The notes under the pieces: generated by a model
Databases searched by the model: none
Told to the model about the DNA's origin: nothing
What the model saw: the letters and a program-made list of their open reading frames with translations, nothing else
Assembly: GCA_947481575.1 (NCBI GenBank)
Contig: CANKGV010000004.1
Location: forward strand, 5,487 to 69,486
Direction of reading: 5' to 3'
DNA length: 64,000 bases
From: Alphaproteobacteria bacterium
Lineage (GTDB): Bacteria > Pseudomonadota > Alphaproteobacteria > UBA2966 > CAIVPW01
Part shown: piece after piece, positions 48,562 to 59,121 of the stretch
How the letters are laid out: each line of letters opens with the position of its first letter
Numbering within the stretch: the stretch's first letter is position 1
Made by a program: the position numbers and the translations under genes

Positions 48562-49341
48562 GTGGACCTTATAGCATACGTAGGTCAGGCCCGATCAAGG
48601 ACAGTCACCTTGGCATTCGACACGATTCGCAAGGACATCGCCGCGATCTTCGAGCGCGATCCCGCGGTTCGGTCGGTCGCGGAAGTCTGGCTGGCCTATC
48701 CCGGCTTCCACGCCGTCCTGGTCTACCGCCTCGCGCACCGGCTGTGGCTGTGGCGGTGGCATCTGCTAGCGCGCTGGATCGCTCACCTTGCCCGGTTTCT
48801 GACCGGCATCGAGATCCACCCGGGCGCAGTGATCGGCACCGGGTTCTTTATCGATCACGGTACCGGCGTTGTGATCGGTGAAACGTCCGAGATCGGCAAC
48901 AACGTCACGCTTTACCACGCGGTTACCCTGGGCGGCACGTCTCCTGCGGTCGATTCAGCCGCCCAAGTGAATCGCAAGCGCCACCCGACCTTGAAGGATG
49001 GGGTGATCGTTGGTTCCGGTGCCCAAGTGCTGGGGCCGATCACGGTCGGTGAGAATGCCCGCGTAGGCGCCAACGCAGTGGTGCTGAAGGACGTACCCGC
49101 GGGCGCAACGGTCGTCGGCAACCCTGCGCGCATCGCCAAGGCGCGCGGCGAACGGGAACCTGGGTTTGATGCCTATGGCACACCCGGCGAGATTTCGGAC
49201 CCGGTGGCACGGGTGATTGACGGGTTGTTGGACCAGATTGAAACGTTGCGCGCGCGCGTCGGCGAGTTGGAAGTGCGCCAGCGCGAGCAGGAAGATGTCG
49301 AGGCGCAGTGGCAGGCGAAGCGATCGGTGAACGCGAAGTAG
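48562..49341 (+). CDS. cysE: serine O-acetyltransferase CysE
   Basis: Hexapeptide-repeat LbH region [28 protein letters not shown]; start uncertain (a TTG near 48610 is possible). Confidence 0.8.
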   Translation: MDLIAYVGQARSRTVTLAFDTIRKDIAAIFERDPAVRSVAEVWLAYPGFHAVLVYRLAHRLWLWRWHLLARWIAHLARFLTGIEIHPGAVIGTGFFIDHGTGVVIGETSEIGNNVTLYHAVTLGGTSPAVDSAAQVNRKRHPTLKDGVIVGSGAQVLGPITVGENARVGANAVVLKDVPAGATVVGNPARIAKARGEREPGFDAYGTPGEISDPVARVIDGLLDQIETLRARVGELEVRQREQEDVEAQWQAKRSVNAK

Positions 49342-49354
49342 GGATGTCCGCTCC

Positions 49355-49864
49355 ATGAAGCTTAGCTCCAAGGGCCGCTACGCCGTCATGGCGATGGCCG
49401 ATCTCGCGATCCACAGCTCCGGACGGCCGGTGTCCTTGGCCGAAATCGCCGAGCGTCAGGAAATCTCGCTCTCTTACCTTGAGCAACTGTTCGGCAAGCT
49501 GCGCCGCCACCACTTGGTAAAGAGCGTGCGCGGGCCGGGCGGCGGCTACCGGCTGGGCCGTATGGCGGAAGATATTCGCGTGGCGGATGTCGTCGTGGCG
49601 GTCGATGAGCCGCTGTCGGCGACGCGTTGTCACCCGGGCTCTGCGACCGGCTGTCACGGCACCAAGGGCCGCTGCCTCACCCATGACCTGTGGGAGGAAC
49701 TCGGCAACCAGATCCACCTGTTTCTCGCGTCGGTCTCCCTTGCCGACGTCATCAACAAGCGAATTCTCGGTACCAGCGGGGCGCTGACCCGCAACACAAG
49801 CATCGCCGCGCCCGTCATGCCTGCGCTCGAGCCGAAGCTGGCGGCGGTGGAGCCCGCGGAATAA
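49355..49864 (+). CDS. iscR: Rrf2-family Fe-S regulator IscR
   Basis: N-terminal wHTH MKLSSKGRYAVMAMADLA; three-Cys cluster CHPGSATGCHGTKGRC. Confidence 0.88.
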   Translation: MKLSSKGRYAVMAMADLAIHSSGRPVSLAEIAERQEISLSYLEQLFGKLRRHHLVKSVRGPGGGYRLGRMAEDIRVADVVVAVDEPLSATRCHPGSATGCHGTKGRCLTHDLWEELGNQIHLFLASVSLADVINKRILGTSGALTRNTSIAAPVMPALEPKLAAVEPAE

Positions 49865-49868
49865 TTCC

Positions 49869-51014
49869 ATGCACGCGAGCGTCGCCTATCTCGACTACAA
49901 CGCCACCGCGCCGGTTCGTCCCGGTGTGGGCGCGGCGATGGCCGAGGCATTGGCGATGGGTGGCAATCCTTCGTCGGTGCACCGGTTTGGGCGTTTGGCG
50001 CGCGCCGCGGTCGATCGGGCGCGGGACTCGGTGGCCGGATGGATGCGCGTTGACCCGGCGCAGATAACGTTCACCAGTGGCGCGACCGAAGCGAACGCGC
50101 TCGCCGTCCATACGCTGGTGGCGCTCGGCGCCAAGGCGCTGTTGGTCTCGGCCATCGAACACGACTCAGTGCGGGCGAGCGCGGCTGCCGCGGGACTGCC
50201 AGTGAACGAGATTCCGGTGACCGCGGCGGGCGTCCTGGATTTGGCGGCGCTGCAGGGGATGCTGGCAGGGCCAGGTCCGGTCGGTGTTGCGGTCATGTTC
50301 GCCAACAACGAAACCGGCGTGATTCAGCCGGTCGCCAAGGCGGCTAAGCTGGTTCACGCCGCTGGCGGGTGGCTGTTGTGCGATGCGGTACAGGGGGCGG
50401 GCCGGGTTACTGCGCGCGGCGGCCTGTTCGGCGCGGACTTGGTGACGGTTTCGGCGCACAAGCTCGGTGGACCCCAAGGCGTCGGGGCACTGATTGCCGC
50501 GCCCCAGATTCGGGTCGCGCCCATGGTGCGCGGCGGCGGGCAAGAGAGTGGCCTGCGTGGCGGCACTGAGAACGTGCCGGGGATCGCTGGATTTGGCGCA
50601 GCCGTCGAGCGTGAACGCGGCGAACGCGCGCGTGTGCATGCGCTCCGTAATTTGTTTGAGACGCGCCTGCGCGCAATGTCGCCGGAAGTTCAGGTGTTTG
50701 GGGCCGGTGCGGCCCGCATGAGCAACACCGTGTGCTTTGCGCTGCCCGGTATGGCCGCTGAGATCGCGGTGATCGCCTTGGACCTTGCGGGCGTCGCCGT
50801 AAGTTCGGGGTCGGCCTGTTCGTCGGGCAAGGTGGGCCATTCCCACGTGTTGAAGGCGATGGGCGTGCCTGATGCGCTTGCCGCCTGCGCGCTGCGGGTC
50901 AGTTTCGGTTGGGCATCGTCGCGGGCCGACGTGGATCGCTTCGTGGCCGCGTGGATGGATTTGGTTGTGCGCGCACGCCGCGCCGAACGTGCGCCACTGG
51001 CGCTGGCAATGTGA
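49869..51014 (+). CDS. cysteine desulfurase (NifS-like, first of two tandem class V aminotransferases)
   Basis: SAHKLGGPQG PLP Lys motif; SSGSACSS active-site Cys loop. Confidence 0.85.
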   Translation: MHASVAYLDYNATAPVRPGVGAAMAEALAMGGNPSSVHRFGRLARAAVDRARDSVAGWMRVDPAQITFTSGATEANALAVHTLVALGAKALLVSAIEHDSVRASAAAAGLPVNEIPVTAAGVLDLAALQGMLAGPGPVGVAVMFANNETGVIQPVAKAAKLVHAAGGWLLCDAVQGAGRVTARGGLFGADLVTVSAHKLGGPQGVGALIAAPQIRVAPMVRGGGQESGLRGGTENVPGIAGFGAAVERERGERARVHALRNLFETRLRAMSPEVQVFGAGAARMSNTVCFALPGMAAEIAVIALDLAGVAVSSGSACSSGKVGHSHVLKAMGVPDALAACALRVSFGWASSRADVDRFVAAWMDLVVRARRAERAPLALAM

Positions 51015-51023
51015 GTTGAGGGA

Positions 51024-52256
51024 ATGGCTGGTATCGCGAACATAAAGTTGCCGATCTACCTGGACTATCAGGCGACGACGCCAATGGACCCGCGGGTACT
51101 TGAAGTGATGATCCCGTACTTCACCGAAAAGTTCGGCAATCCCCATTCGCGCAACCATTCGTTCGGCTGGGAGGCCGAAGAAGGTGTGGAGAAGGCGCGC
51201 GCCCAGATCGCCGACCTGATCGGCGCCGACGAGAAGGAAATCATATTCACGTCCGGCGCGACCGAATCGAACAACCTTGCCATCAAAGGCGTCGCGCGCT
51301 TTTACGGCGACCAGCGCAATGAGATCGTCACTGTCGTCACCGAGCACAAGTGCGTTCTCGATGCATGCCGGCACCTTGAGCAGGAAGAGGGTTTCAAGGT
51401 CACCTACCTGCCGGTCGAGCAGAACGGCCTCGTGGACCTCGACAGGCTGCGGGCTGCGGTGACCGACAAGACCGCGATTGTTTCCGTGATGGCGGTGAAC
51501 AACGAAATTGGCGTGATCCAGCCGTTGACAGAGATCGGCGCCATCGCTCGCGCCAAGGGAGCGTTCTTTCATACCGACGCGGCGCAGGCGGCCGGCAAGA
51601 TTCCGCTCGACGTACGCGCAATGAACATCGATCTGATGAGCATCTCGGGCCACAAGATGTACGGCCCCAAGGGTATCGGCGCGCTGTATGTCGGCCGCAA
51701 GCCGCGCGTGCGCCTTCACGCGTTGATCCACGGCGGGGGCCAGGAGCGCGGCATGCGGTCCGGCACCTTGCCGACGCCGTTGTGCGTGGGTTTGGGCGAG
51801 GCTTGTGCGATCGCCAAGCGGGAGATGGCGAGCGACAACGCCCGCATCCGTGCCCTGTGGGAGCGCATGTACAACAGCCTGACCGCCCAGCTTCCCGACG
51901 TCGTGCTGAACGGCGACCGTGAACACCGCTTCTACGGCAACCTCAACGTCAGCTTTGCATATGTCGAAGGCGAGTCGCTGATGATGGGGATTCGCGATAT
52001 CGCCGTGTCTTCAGGCTCCGCGTGCACCTCGGCTTCGTTGGAGCCGTCCTATGTATTGCGGGCCCTCGGTGTGGACGAGGCGATGGCGCATACGTCGATC
52101 CGCCTGGGTATCGGCCGGCCCACCACAGAGGCTGAGATCGACTACACGGTTGAGACTCTGGTGAAGCACGTTCGTAAGCTGCGCGACATGAGCCCCCTGT
52201 GGGAAATGGCGCAGGCCGGGATCGACGTGAGCAAGATCGAATGGGCGGCGCACTGA
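51024..52256 (+). CDS. iscS: cysteine desulfurase IscS
   Basis: [27 protein letters not shown]; classic IscS. Confidence 0.92.
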   Translation: MAGIANIKLPIYLDYQATTPMDPRVLEVMIPYFTEKFGNPHSRNHSFGWEAEEGVEKARAQIADLIGADEKEIIFTSGATESNNLAIKGVARFYGDQRNEIVTVVTEHKCVLDACRHLEQEEGFKVTYLPVEQNGLVDLDRLRAAVTDKTAIVSVMAVNNEIGVIQPLTEIGAIARAKGAFFHTDAAQAAGKIPLDVRAMNIDLMSISGHKMYGPKGIGALYVGRKPRVRLHALIHGGGQERGMRSGTLPTPLCVGLGEACAIAKREMASDNARIRALWERMYNSLTAQLPDVVLNGDREHRFYGNLNVSFAYVEGESLMMGIRDIAVSSGSACTSASLEPSYVLRALGVDEAMAHTSIRLGIGRPTTEAEIDYTVETLVKHVRKLRDMSPLWEMAQAGIDVSKIEWAAH

Positions 52257-52321
52257 GCGCAGAACTAGCGAACGCTTGACGAAACCGGGCGCAGAATCCA
52301 TTTCATCAGGAGAGACGAATC

Positions 52322-52738
52322 ATGGCGTACAGCGGCAAGGTCATCGACCACTACGAAAACCCACGCAATATTGGGTCGCTGGACAAGGACGCGTCTGACG
52401 TTGGCACGGGCTTGGTGGGAGCCCCCGCCTGCGGCGACGTGATGAAGCTGCAGATCAAGGTGAGCCCGGAAGGCATCATCGAAGACGCCAAGTTCAAGAC
52501 GTTCGGATGCGGTTCCGCGATTGCTTCCAGCAGCTTGATCACCGAGTGGGTGAAGGGCCGCAGCATTGACGAAGCGGAAAAGATCAAGAACACGGAGATC
52601 GCACAGCACCTGGCGCTGCCGCCGGTGAAGATTCACTGCTCGGTGCTTGCCGAAGACGCCATCAAGGCGGCGATCGCCGACTACCGCAAGAAGTCCGGCA
52701 CCGAAACTGCCGCTGCGCCAGCGCACGCGGCGGAGTAG
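52322..52738 (+). CDS. iscU: Fe-S cluster assembly scaffold IscU
   Basis: GAPACGDVMKL, KTFGCGSAIASSS, LPPVKIHCS. Confidence 0.93.
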   Translation: MAYSGKVIDHYENPRNIGSLDKDASDVGTGLVGAPACGDVMKLQIKVSPEGIIEDAKFKTFGCGSAIASSSLITEWVKGRSIDEAEKIKNTEIAQHLALPPVKIHCSVLAEDAIKAAIADYRKKSGTETAAAPAHAAE

Positions 52739-52757
52739 CGCTCTAAAGGATTCGAAC

Positions 52758-53111
52758 ATGTCCGTAGCCACGAAGATCGCCTCGCCCGTCATGACCATCA
52801 CCGATTCGGCGGCGCAACGCGTCCGCGCGATGCTGGATGGACGTGGCAAACCATCGACCGGCGTTCGTGTCGGGGTGCGCACGGCGGGCTGTTCTGGCCT
52901 CTCCTACACGCTCGAGTTCGCCGACGATGTGAACGAATTCGATGAGGTGGTGCAGGACAAGGGCGTGACAGTGTTTGTCGACCCGAAGGCGACGATGTTT
53001 CTGGTCGGCACCGAAATGGACTTCGTGGAGAACGACCTCGAATCGGGGTTCGTCTTTCACAATCCGAACGAACGCGCCCGCTGCGGTTGCGGCGAATCGT
53101 TTCACGTCTAG
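52758..53111 (+). CDS. iscA: iron-sulfur cluster insertion protein IscA (HesB family)
   Basis: C-terminal CGCGESF motif; GCSGLSY. Confidence 0.88.
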   Translation: MSVATKIASPVMTITDSAAQRVRAMLDGRGKPSTGVRVGVRTAGCSGLSYTLEFADDVNEFDEVVQDKGVTVFVDPKATMFLVGTEMDFVENDLESGFVFHNPNERARCGCGESFHV

Positions 53112-53182
53112 CCATTTCGCTGTAGCGCCTCGCCGGCGGTCGCCGGCCTTAAACCGAGTATTGCGGCAGGAAGTGGCTGACC

Positions 53183-53809
53183 GTGTCTGAGCCCAACGGT
53201 TCCTGCTGGTCGTGTCGCGCCCCGGTTGCGGCGCTGGAGGCATTTTGTCCGGCGTGCGGGGCGGTGCAGCCGCCGCGCGCGGCGAGTATGTTCGCGATTC
53301 TGGGAATGCCGGTGCAGTTCGAAGTGGATGCGGCTGAGTTGGAGCGCCGCTACTTTGCTGAACAACGGCGTTTTCACCCCGACCGCTTCACGGGCAAGCC
53401 CGAACGGGAGCGGCAATTCTCGATGCAGCATTCCACAAATGTGAATGAGGCGTACCGCGTACTGGGCGATCCGGTCCGGCGCGCCGAACACCTGCTGCTG
53501 CTGGCGGGCCAACCCGCGCGTACGGTCGAAGAGACCGTCCGCGACCCCGTGATTCTGATGCGCGCGCTCGAAATGCGGGAAGCGTTGGCCGAAGCGCAAT
53601 CGCGTGCCGAAATCGACGGTGTGTTGAAGGCGGCGAAGGGCGAGGCGCTGGCGTGCACCGCCGAACTCACCAAGGCATTTGCGAACGCCGATCTGCAATG
53701 TGCGCGCACGCTCACACTGCAACTCACCTACCTGCAGAAGTTCATCGAGGAGGCGCGGGAGCGCCGAACACGAGTCGTTGGCGGCCAGTCGGCGGGAGCC
53801 CACAGTTGA
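53183..53809 (+). CDS. hscB: co-chaperone HscB with N-terminal Cys4 zinc-finger extension
   Basis: GTG start; CWSC...CPAC; J-domain-like region with HPD (RFHPDRF). Confidence 0.8.
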   Translation: MSEPNGSCWSCRAPVAALEAFCPACGAVQPPRAASMFAILGMPVQFEVDAAELERRYFAEQRRFHPDRFTGKPERERQFSMQHSTNVNEAYRVLGDPVRRAEHLLLLAGQPARTVEETVRDPVILMRALEMREALAEAQSRAEIDGVLKAAKGEALACTAELTKAFANADLQCARTLTLQLTYLQKFIEEARERRTRVVGGQSAGAHS

Positions 53810-55719
53810 GTCCACCGCTGCAGATTCACGAACCTGGTCAGACTCCGCTGCCGCACGCGCGCCGCGATCTGGCCGTTGGTATCGACCTCGGCACGACCAA
53901 CAGCCTGATCGCCATCGCCGAAGGCGCAAGGCCGGTCGTGTTGCGCGACAAGGCGGGCAGGGGCCTCGTTCCCTCGGTGGTCGCCTACATGGAGGACCGT
54001 GTAGTCGTCGGTGACGAGGCGCGCCGGATCATGGTGGAGCACCCGGACCGCGTGGTTGCTTCAGTGAAGCGGCTGATGGGGCGCGGCGCGGAAGACGTGC
54101 TGCGCGTGGCGGGTCAGCTGCCCTATGAGGTTGCCGCTGCGGTCGAGAGCGGCGGCATGGTCCGCCTTAGAGTCGGCGGCCGCACCCTGACGCCGGTCGA
54201 AGTGAGCGCCGATATTCTGCGGGCCGTGAAGGCGCGCGGTGAGGCCGCCTTGGGCCGAAAGGTTACGGAAGCGGTCATCACGGTTCCCGCCCACTTTGAC
54301 GATGCCGCCCGTACCGCAACCAAGGATGCTGCGAAGCTCGCCGGCCTCACGGCGCTACGGTTGGTCAACGAGCCGACCGCGGCGGCTCTTGCCTACGGGC
54401 TGGATAAGGGCGCGGAAGGTCTGTACGCGGTCTTCGATCTGGGCGGCGGAACGTTTGACATCTCGGTACTGCGTCTGCAGATGGGTGTGTTCCAGGTGCT
54501 GGCCACCGGTGGCGATCCGCTTCTCGGCGGCGACGATTTCGATCAGGTGATCGCCGAGCACTTCTTGGCGGAGCGCGCGCGCGAATTGGGCGAGGCGCAC
54601 CTAACCACCGGCGAAGCCAAGATGGCGTTGATGTCCGCGCGGCTCGCCAAGGAAGAATTGACCACCCTGACATCCGGCGAGTGGCCCATCGTACTCGGCG
54701 GCCGCACCAGCCATCACAGGCTGGACCGCGCAAAATTAAACGATCTGGTGCGCCCCCTGGTGGATCGCGCCATCGCCATCACCCAAGGGGTGCTGTCGGA
54801 CGCGCGCATGGACCCGGAAGACGTGAAGGGCGTTGTGCTCGTCGGCGGTTCCACCCGCGTTCCGTTGGTGCGCGACATGGTGCGGGAACTGTTCGGTACA
54901 GAGCCGTTGTCCGACATCGATCCCGACGAAGTCGTTGCGCTGGGCGCGGCACTCCAGGCTGCAGCGCTCACCCAAGGGTCGAGCGCGTTGCTGCTCGACG
55001 TCACTCCGCTATCGCTGGGCATCGAGACGATGGGCGGCCTGTGCGAGAAAGTCGTGCCGCGGAACACGCCGATTCCCACCGCCCGGGCCCAGGAGTTCAC
55101 GACCTATCAAGACGGGCAGTCGGCGATGATGATTCACGTGGTTCAGGGCGAGCGAGAACTCGTGACGGAGAACCGTTCGCTGGCCCGGTTCGAACTGCAT
55201 GGCATTCCGGCGATGGTTGCCGGCGCGGCGCGGATCCGGGTGTTGTTCGCGGTCGACGTCGACGGACTCCTGACGGTGAGTGCCGAGGAGACCGGGACCG
55301 GCGTGCGCCAGGAGGTAGCGGTCAAGCCAACCTACGGCCTGAGCGGAGACGAAATGGCGGGCATGCTGCGCGCCAGCATGGAACACGCGCGGGAAGACAT
55401 GGAAGCGCGGCTATTGGCAGAGGCACGAGTGGATGCCGACCGCATTCTGATCGCCGTCGATGCCGCGCTGCGGATTGACGCGGCGCTGCTGAGCCGAACG
55501 GAGCGGACTGCGATTGAGAACCAGATGCAGGCGCTGCGGGCGACCGCCCAAGGCCACGACCGCCACCGGATCGCGGATGCGGTTGAGGCCCTCAATGGCG
55601 CGACCGAGGAATTCGCTGGGCGGCGCATGGATCGGGAGATTCGCAGCGCCCTGCGGGGCGTCGCGGTGTCAGCCCTTGAGGACCGAGTGGGCGCCGGCGC
55701 CGCCGAGGCGAAAAAATAG
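53806..55719 (+). CDS. hscA: Fe-S protein assembly chaperone HscA (Hsp70 family)
   Basis: TTG start overlapping the hscB stop; PPLQIHEPG...GIDLGTTNS aligns with the E. coli HscA N-terminus; DLGGGTFD. Confidence 0.9.
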   Translation: MSPPLQIHEPGQTPLPHARRDLAVGIDLGTTNSLIAIAEGARPVVLRDKAGRGLVPSVVAYMEDRVVVGDEARRIMVEHPDRVVASVKRLMGRGAEDVLRVAGQLPYEVAAAVESGGMVRLRVGGRTLTPVEVSADILRAVKARGEAALGRKVTEAVITVPAHFDDAARTATKDAAKLAGLTALRLVNEPTAAALAYGLDKGAEGLYAVFDLGGGTFDISVLRLQMGVFQVLATGGDPLLGGDDFDQVIAEHFLAERARELGEAHLTTGEAKMALMSARLAKEELTTLTSGEWPIVLGGRTSHHRLDRAKLNDLVRPLVDRAIAITQGVLSDARMDPEDVKGVVLVGGSTRVPLVRDMVRELFGTEPLSDIDPDEVVALGAALQAAALTQGSSALLLDVTPLSLGIETMGGLCEKVVPRNTPIPTARAQEFTTYQDGQSAMMIHVVQGERELVTENRSLARFELHGIPAMVAGAARIRVLFAVDVDGLLTVSAEETGTGVRQEVAVKPTYGLSGDEMAGMLRASMEHAREDMEARLLAEARVDADRILIAVDAALRIDAALLSRTERTAIENQMQALRATAQGHDRHRIADAVEALNGATEEFAGRRMDREIRSALRGVAVSALEDRVGAGAAEAKK

Positions 55720-55810
55720 GGGTTTCGTTCGTGGCCCAGAACGGCGATGTTGCGCCCCGCCGGTCACTGAGCGGTAACATTTGGGAACCTGAAGGCGGGT
55801 TGTCGTTGGC

Positions 55811-56149
55811 ATGCCGAAGATGACGTTTATTCACCCGGACGGGCGCAAGCAGGAAGTCGATGCGCCGCTGGGGTTGTCGGTGCTGGAAATCGCCCACCGC
55901 AACAAGATCGATCTGGAGGGCGCCTGCGAGGGCTCGCTGGCCTGCTCGACCTGCCACGTGGTTGTCGATCCGCACTTCTACCGGATGCTGCCGGAGGCCA
56001 AGGAGGACGAGGAGGACATGCTCGATCTCGCGTTCGGCCTGACCCATACCTCGCGGCTCGGGTGCCAAATCCTGATCACGCCGCAGCTCGACGGGCTGGT
56101 GGTGAGCCTGCCGGGGGCGACGCGCAACATGCTGCTGGAAGGCGCATAG
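55811..56149 (+). CDS. fdx: ISC-system [2Fe-2S] ferredoxin Fdx
   Basis: [12 protein letters not shown]...SRLGCQ adrenodoxin-type Cys motif. Confidence 0.9.
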   Translation: MPKMTFIHPDGRKQEVDAPLGLSVLEIAHRNKIDLEGACEGSLACSTCHVVVDPHFYRMLPEAKEDEEDMLDLAFGLTHTSRLGCQILITPQLDGLVVSLPGATRNMLLEGA

Positions 56150-56162
56150 GCCGCATCCGGCC

Positions 56163-56366
56163 ATGAAGCCGCTCAAGTGGACCGACGTTCTGGACATCGC
56201 GATCCGGCTTGAGGAGGAGCACCCCGAGGCGGATGTGGTGAATGTCCGGTTCACCGACCTGCACCGCTGGGTGCGGGAGTTGCCGGAGTTTAGGGATGAC
56301 CCGGAGCGGTCGTCCGAGAAGATTCTGGAAGCCATCCAGATGGCTTGGCTCGACGAACGCAGCTAG
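56163..56366 (+). CDS. iscX: Fe-S assembly protein IscX
   Basis: 67 aa acidic protein MKPLKWTDVLDIAIRLEEEHPE typical of IscX/YfhJ. Confidence 0.8.
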   Translation: MKPLKWTDVLDIAIRLEEEHPEADVVNVRFTDLHRWVRELPEFRDDPERSSEKILEAIQMAWLDERS

Positions 56367-57295
56367 CTCCCGCGCGGAGGCCGGCAATCGCCACCGATAT
56401 CATCCCCGTCACGCCGCGGCCCCTGTTCGGGGCCGCACTCACATTGGGCTCAGCCGTACTGTTCGGCCTCAGCACGCCGCTGGCCAAGCCGCTGCTGACC
56501 GACACCAGCCCGATCGTGATCGCCGGGCTGCTCTATGCCGGTGCGGGCATCGGTCTCGCGATCGTCGATCGCTTGGCGGGACCGCTGCGCATCCCTAGGG
56601 CGCGGCGGGTGAGCGGGTATCAGTGGCGCTGGCTGGCGATCTCGGTGCTGTTCGGCGGCATCTTTGGGCCGCTGCTGCTTCTCACGGGGCTGCAGCGCAC
56701 CGAGGCCTCGACTGCCTCGCTGCTACTCAATCTGGAAGCGGTCCTGACAGCGCTGGTGGGGTGGCTGGTGTTCCGCGAGGGGCTGACGGCGCGGGTGGTG
56801 GCAGGCTTGGGCGTGATGCTGGCGGGAGCGATCACTGTGTCGTGGCAGGGAACTCCGACGCTGACCGGGTTCATCGGCCCGCTGGCAGTGATCGGTGCGT
56901 GCTTGTCGTGGGGCATCGACAACAACTTGGTCCGCAGGATTGCAGCGGCCGATCCCATTCAGATCTCGGCGATCCGGGGGGCAGTGGCGGGGACGTTCAA
57001 TCTGGGGTTGGCCGCTGTGCTGGGGGCGCCGTGGCCCGGCACGTGGGGCGCGGTGGCAGTGGCGGGGACGATCGGGTTCTTCGGCTATGGGTTGTCGCTG
57101 GTGCTGTTCGTCATCGCGCTCCGGCACTTGGGAGCGGCGCGTACGGCGGCGTTCTTTTCCGCAGGGCCGTTCGTGGGGGCGCTGGCCGGCGTGGTGATGC
57201 TGGGGGAACCGCTGACGGTTACGCTCGGAATCGCCGCCGCGCTGATGGCGGCGGGGGCGTGGCTATCGCTCGGCGCTCGGGCCGCAACCGACTAG
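56345..57295 (+). CDS. DMT-superfamily (EamA-like) transporter
   Basis: Ten TM helices, two EamA-like halves; TTG start at 56345 assumed, overlapping the iscX end. Confidence 0.6.
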   Translation: MARRTQLAPARRPAIATDIIPVTPRPLFGAALTLGSAVLFGLSTPLAKPLLTDTSPIVIAGLLYAGAGIGLAIVDRLAGPLRIPRARRVSGYQWRWLAISVLFGGIFGPLLLLTGLQRTEASTASLLLNLEAVLTALVGWLVFREGLTARVVAGLGVMLAGAITVSWQGTPTLTGFIGPLAVIGACLSWGIDNNLVRRIAAADPIQISAIRGAVAGTFNLGLAAVLGAPWPGTWGAVAVAGTIGFFGYGLSLVLFVIALRHLGAARTAAFFSAGPFVGALAGVVMLGEPLTVTLGIAAALMAAGAWLSLGARAATD

Positions 57296-58995
57296 CGCTT
57301 CAGGACGACCGGGCGCAGCAGGAAGGCCGGCACATGACCACCCATTGCGCCGGGCTTCGGCTCGGACGGGGTGAGCACGTGGGGCATGTCGTCGCGATTG
57401 TCGGTGTCGTGGGAGCGGACCGGCTGGTGCTTCACCGGTGCCGCAGCCATCGCTTGGGCCGGAGCGGGTGAACTGCCGACGGAAGCCGGTGCTGCATCGC
57501 CACCTTCGCGGCGGCGGCCACGGCCACCGCGGCGGCCACGGCTGCGCTTGGGCTCGCCGGTGGTGACCGGCTGCGGGGCAGGTGCGGCGTCGGCGTGCGG
57601 TGCAGCGGCATCCGGCTCCATCGCCACGGCGACGGGCTCGGGACCTGCGCTCTCCATCGCGACCATTACCGGTGCGGCGATGGGTTCGGCGGCTGCTTCC
57701 GCGACTACGGCCGGTGCGGGCTCGGTGGTGCTGCTACGGCGGCGTGAACGGCCACGGCCGCCTTCGCTGGCGGGCTTCGGCGCGGCTGGGGCGGCGGAGG
57801 ACGCGGGACGGCGGCCACCACGGGCGCGGCCGCCACGGCGCGGCTCTTCGCCTTCGGCGAGCGGTGCGGGCGCGGCCACGCCTTCGAGGGTCATGAGCGG
57901 GATTTCTTTGCCAACCAGCTTGGCGATGGCGGCGAGCAGGCGGCCGTCGTCCGGTGTCGCGAGGGTGTAGGCGGTGCCTTCGCGGCCGGCGCGGGCGGTG
58001 CGGCCGATGCGGTGCACGTAGTCTTCGGCGTTGATCGGCACGTCGTAGTTGATGACGCTGGGCAGCGCTTCGATGTCGATCCCGCGTGCGGCGACGTCGG
58101 AAGCGACCAGGTATTTGATCGACCCGGCCTTGAACTTTTCGAGCGTGTCGGTGCGCAGAGACTGCGCGAGGTCGCCGTGGATCGGCGCGGCCGACAGACC
58201 GTTCTTCACCAGCGAACGGACCAGAATGTCGACGTCGCGCTTGCGGTTCAGGAAGATGATCGACTGGGTGATCTTTTCCGACTCGATCAGCTTGCGCACG
58301 GCATCGCGCTTGTCGTCGGCCGACACCATGATCAGCGCCTGGCGGATCGTGACGGCCGCGGACGACGGCGGCGCCACCGCGATCTCTTTCGGGTTGGACA
58401 CGAAGTCTTTGCCGATGCGGCGGATTTCGTCGTTGAGCGTGGCCGAGAAGAACAGGGTTTGGCGCAGCGGCGGCAGCAGCTTCACGATGCGCTGCACGTC
58501 GGGGATGAACCCCATGTCGAGCATGCGGTCGGTTTCGTCGATCACCAGAATCTTGACGCCGCGCAGCATGACGTGGCCGCGGTCGGCGTGGTCGAGCAGG
58601 CGGCCCGGCGTGGCGATGACGATGTCGATGTCGCCTTCCAGCTTGCGCGACTGTTCGTCCATCGAGGTGCCGCCGATCAGCAGCGCCATTTGCAACTGGC
58701 TGTACTTGCCGTAGGCGATGAAGGCTTCGGCGACCTGGGCGGCCAACTCGCGGGTCGGCTCCAGGATTAGCGCGCGCGGCATGCGCGCGCGGGCACGGCC
58801 GGAGGCCAGGATATCGATCATCGGCAGGGCGAACGACGCGGTCTTGCCGGTGCCGGTCTGGGCGGAGCCCATGACATCGCGGCCCTGGAGGACGATCGGA
58901 ATCGCCTTTTCCTGAATCGGGGTCGGCTGGACGTACCCGGCTTCTTCGACGGCGCGAAGGACTTCGGGACTAAGTCCCAGATCGGAAAACTTCAT
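57292..58995 (-). CDS. DEAD-box ATP-dependent RNA helicase with long disordered R/G/A/P-rich C-terminal tail
   Basis: Q motif, AQTGTGKT, DETD (DEAD variant), SAT, HRIGRTARAG. Confidence 0.9.
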   Translation of the reverse strand: MKFSDLGLSPEVLRAVEEAGYVQPTPIQEKAIPIVLQGRDVMGSAQTGTGKTASFALPMIDILASGRARARMPRALILEPTRELAAQVAEAFIAYGKYSQLQMALLIGGTSMDEQSRKLEGDIDIVIATPGRLLDHADRGHVMLRGVKILVIDETDRMLDMGFIPDVQRIVKLLPPLRQTLFFSATLNDEIRRIGKDFVSNPKEIAVAPPSSAAVTIRQALIMVSADDKRDAVRKLIESEKITQSIIFLNRKRDVDILVRSLVKNGLSAAPIHGDLAQSLRTDTLEKFKAGSIKYLVASDVAARGIDIEALPSVINYDVPINAEDYVHRIGRTARAGREGTAYTLATPDDGRLLAAIAKLVGKEIPLMTLEGVAAPAPLAEGEEPRRGGRARGGRRPASSAAPAAPKPASEGGRGRSRRRSSTTEPAPAVVAEAAAEPIAAPVMVAMESAGPEPVAVAMEPDAAAPHADAAPAPQPVTTGEPKRSRGRRGGRGRRREGGDAAPASVGSSPAPAQAMAAAPVKHQPVRSHDTDNRDDMPHVLTPSEPKPGAMGGHVPAFLLRPVVLKR

Positions 58996-59121
58996 GCACC
59001 TGCTTCGGGAAACTGCGTCCTAGGACCGGCCGGAGTACGGACGGCGCACTATCGCGTTGCCCTGGGATTGAGTAAACGAAAGTGCGAACGAGCCGCACGG
59101 TTTGGGGCGACACTAACCCTT

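Noticed and set aside
50166-51926. 586-aa ORF antisense to the nifS-like and iscS genes
   Set aside because: Antisense to two strongly supported desulfurase genes; low-complexity Arg/His-rich translation
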